Of a stretch of 64,000 bases of DNA, positions 62,864 through 64,000 are shown piece by piece. A program made the translations under genes and the position numbers. Under the pieces are notes generated by a model. It searched no databases, was not told the DNA's origin, and saw only the letters and a program-made list of their open reading frames with translations. Positions within the stretch are counted from its first letter, which is position 1. Each line of letters starts with the position of its first letter. The stretch comes from an uncultured Nitrospiraceae bacterium (GTDB lineage Bacteria; Nitrospirota; Nitrospiria; Nitrospirales; Nitrospiraceae). The stretch covers positions 448,001 through 512,000 of the forward strand of contig CAWJWJ010000002.1 of assembly GCA_963846575.1 (NCBI GenBank). Direction: 5' to 3'.

Positions 62864-64000
62864 CGGGCCGCTCCATCACCTGTTCGACGCCGCCATGGAA
62901 GACCGGAGCGCCCGTCAGGACTCCCTGAAATTGTGTGAGGGGCGGGCCGATCCGTAACCCGCTGTGTGATACCAACTGATATTCCCGAATGGTTTTTTCA
63001 TGACGGCCGCTCCGTTTCTTAATGACCGAGAGTGCCTGCCGAACGGAGCCAGCCGCTTCGAAAAATCGTGCACTCACAATTGTGTCGGCGAGATAACTCA
63101 GGTTCAGCGGGCCTTCGGCCGGGCCAATGAGTCCGTACTGAGCTAGAATGAAAATCGTGATGACTCCCCTCTGGTTGAGGTAGGCGGACAGCTCGTGAAG
63201 CTGATTGACGAGGTACTGCTCCCCGGGCATCGCATTCAGATAACCATTGAGGCTGTCGACAATGACCAGCTTGCAGCCATTTTCCACTCCGCGGCGAATG
63301 GACATCCCCAGTTCACCGGGCGAGAGTTCGGCGGGGTCCACCTGCTGTATATGTATCAGGCCGGTCTTGATGTGCTGCATCACATTCAATCCCAGAGCGT
63401 GGGCACGAGCCAGCACGATGCTGCGAATTTCGTCGAAAGCAAACAGCATGCTGGCTTCCCCCCGCTTCGCCATTTGTGTGGCATATTGCATGGCTAGCGT
63501 GGATTTTCCGGTACCCGCCGGACCTGTGATCAGGTTCGTCGTGCCTCGATCGAATCCGCCGCCAAGAAGCTCGTCCAACTCTTTATGCCCGCTGGATACT
63601 GCTTCTGGCTCAAAATCACCACGGTGCTCAGACGCCACGATTCGCGGAAACACTCGCAATCCGCCTGTCTCGATACTGTAATCGTGATATCCCTCACGGA
63701 ATCGCATGCCGCGCATCTTCAGGACTCGCAGCCTTCGCCGTGATCGACCATAATCGGGCGATAACTGTTCCATTTCGATCACGCCGTGCGTAAGACTCAA
63801 TACGTGAGGGTCAGTACCGATCCGGCTATTGTCCATCTTGTCATCGAGCAGCAGAGCGGTGGTGTTGTACTTGAGCAGTTCCTGCTTGAGGTTCAGAAGC
63901 TGTCGCCGATACCGCAACGCGGTTTCCGCCATCAGCCGGAACTCGGAGAGTGAATCGAAGACGATCCGGGCAGGCTGAATGCGACGGATCTCCTCAAGCA
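62850..64000 (-). CDS. KaiC-like double RecA ATPase, 5'-truncated by the window edge
   Basis: CI end (VFDSLSE, LKMRG) and full CII (GPAGTGKS, VDSLNG, IKKRSG); frame open to the edge. Confidence 0.9.
   Translation of the reverse strand, partial: LEEIRRIQPARIVFDSLSEFRLMAETALRYRRQLLNLKQELLKYNTTALLLDDKMDNSRIGTDPHVLSLTHGVIEMEQLSPDYGRSRRRLRVLKMRGMRFREGYHDYSIETGGLRVFPRIVASEHRGDFEPEAVSSGHKELDELLGGGFDRGTTNLITGPAGTGKSTLAMQYATQMAKRGEASMLFAFDEIRSIVLARAHALGLNVMQHIKTGLIHIQQVDPAELSPGELGMSIRRGVENGCKLVIVDSLNGYLNAMPGEQYLVNQLHELSAYLNQRGVITIFILAQYGLIGPAEGPLNLSYLADTIVSARFFEAAGSVRQALSVIKKRSGRHEKTIREYQLVSHSGLRIGPPLTQFQGVLTGAPVFHGGVEQVMERPDGTT

Noticed and set aside
62850..64000. Circadian clock locus
   Set aside because: No kaiA/kaiB in the window and a non-canonical phosphosite; only KaiC-like is supported.

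Overview
Bacterial chromosome segment, moderately GC-rich. The gene families (many stand-alone PilZ proteins, small CxxC..CxxC 'DPxIxxNR' zinc-finger proteins, expanded two-component systems) suggest a Nitrospira-like organism; this is inference from recalled families, not a search. Three zones. (1) ~1-23.6 kb, accessory signalling: a PilZ-EamA transporter fusion, an hdeD remnant, a melC1/melC2-like caddie + tyrosinase pair, a FixL-like double-PAS kinase / Rcp1-like RR / hybrid kinase operon, a duplicated 'degenerate PilZ + Cys/His helical protein' pair, a PAS-PAS HisKA_3 kinase + NarL-type RR followed by a sigma54 promoter and a 69-aa ORF that copies the kinase's own signalling helix/H-box with the phospho-His replaced by Arg, and a REC / REC-GGDEF / hybrid kinase / Hpt phosphorelay. 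(2) ~23.7-49.9 kb, mostly housekeeping: YqeY, MFS, glutathione peroxidase, htpX, cupredoxin, squalene/phytoene synthase, ferredoxins, ald, tRNA-Pro(CGG), acyP, a sigma70 factor, apt, DksA family, queC, cytochrome c, SPFH, malQ, an NtrC-type two-component pair and a protein with a degenerate restriction-endonuclease-like domain. (3) ~50-64 kb, accessory and decaying: a Crp/Fnr regulator with three copies of a 16-bp palindrome nearby, small proteins, an alkaline-phosphatase-family lipoprotein, several pseudogenes, and a KaiC-like ATPase (cut by the window edge) with its hybrid kinase. No CRISPR array, rRNA, transposase or integrase was recognised. Several frameshifts sit in short homopolymers and may be sequencing errors. 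All calls are by eye from motifs; no database searches were run.
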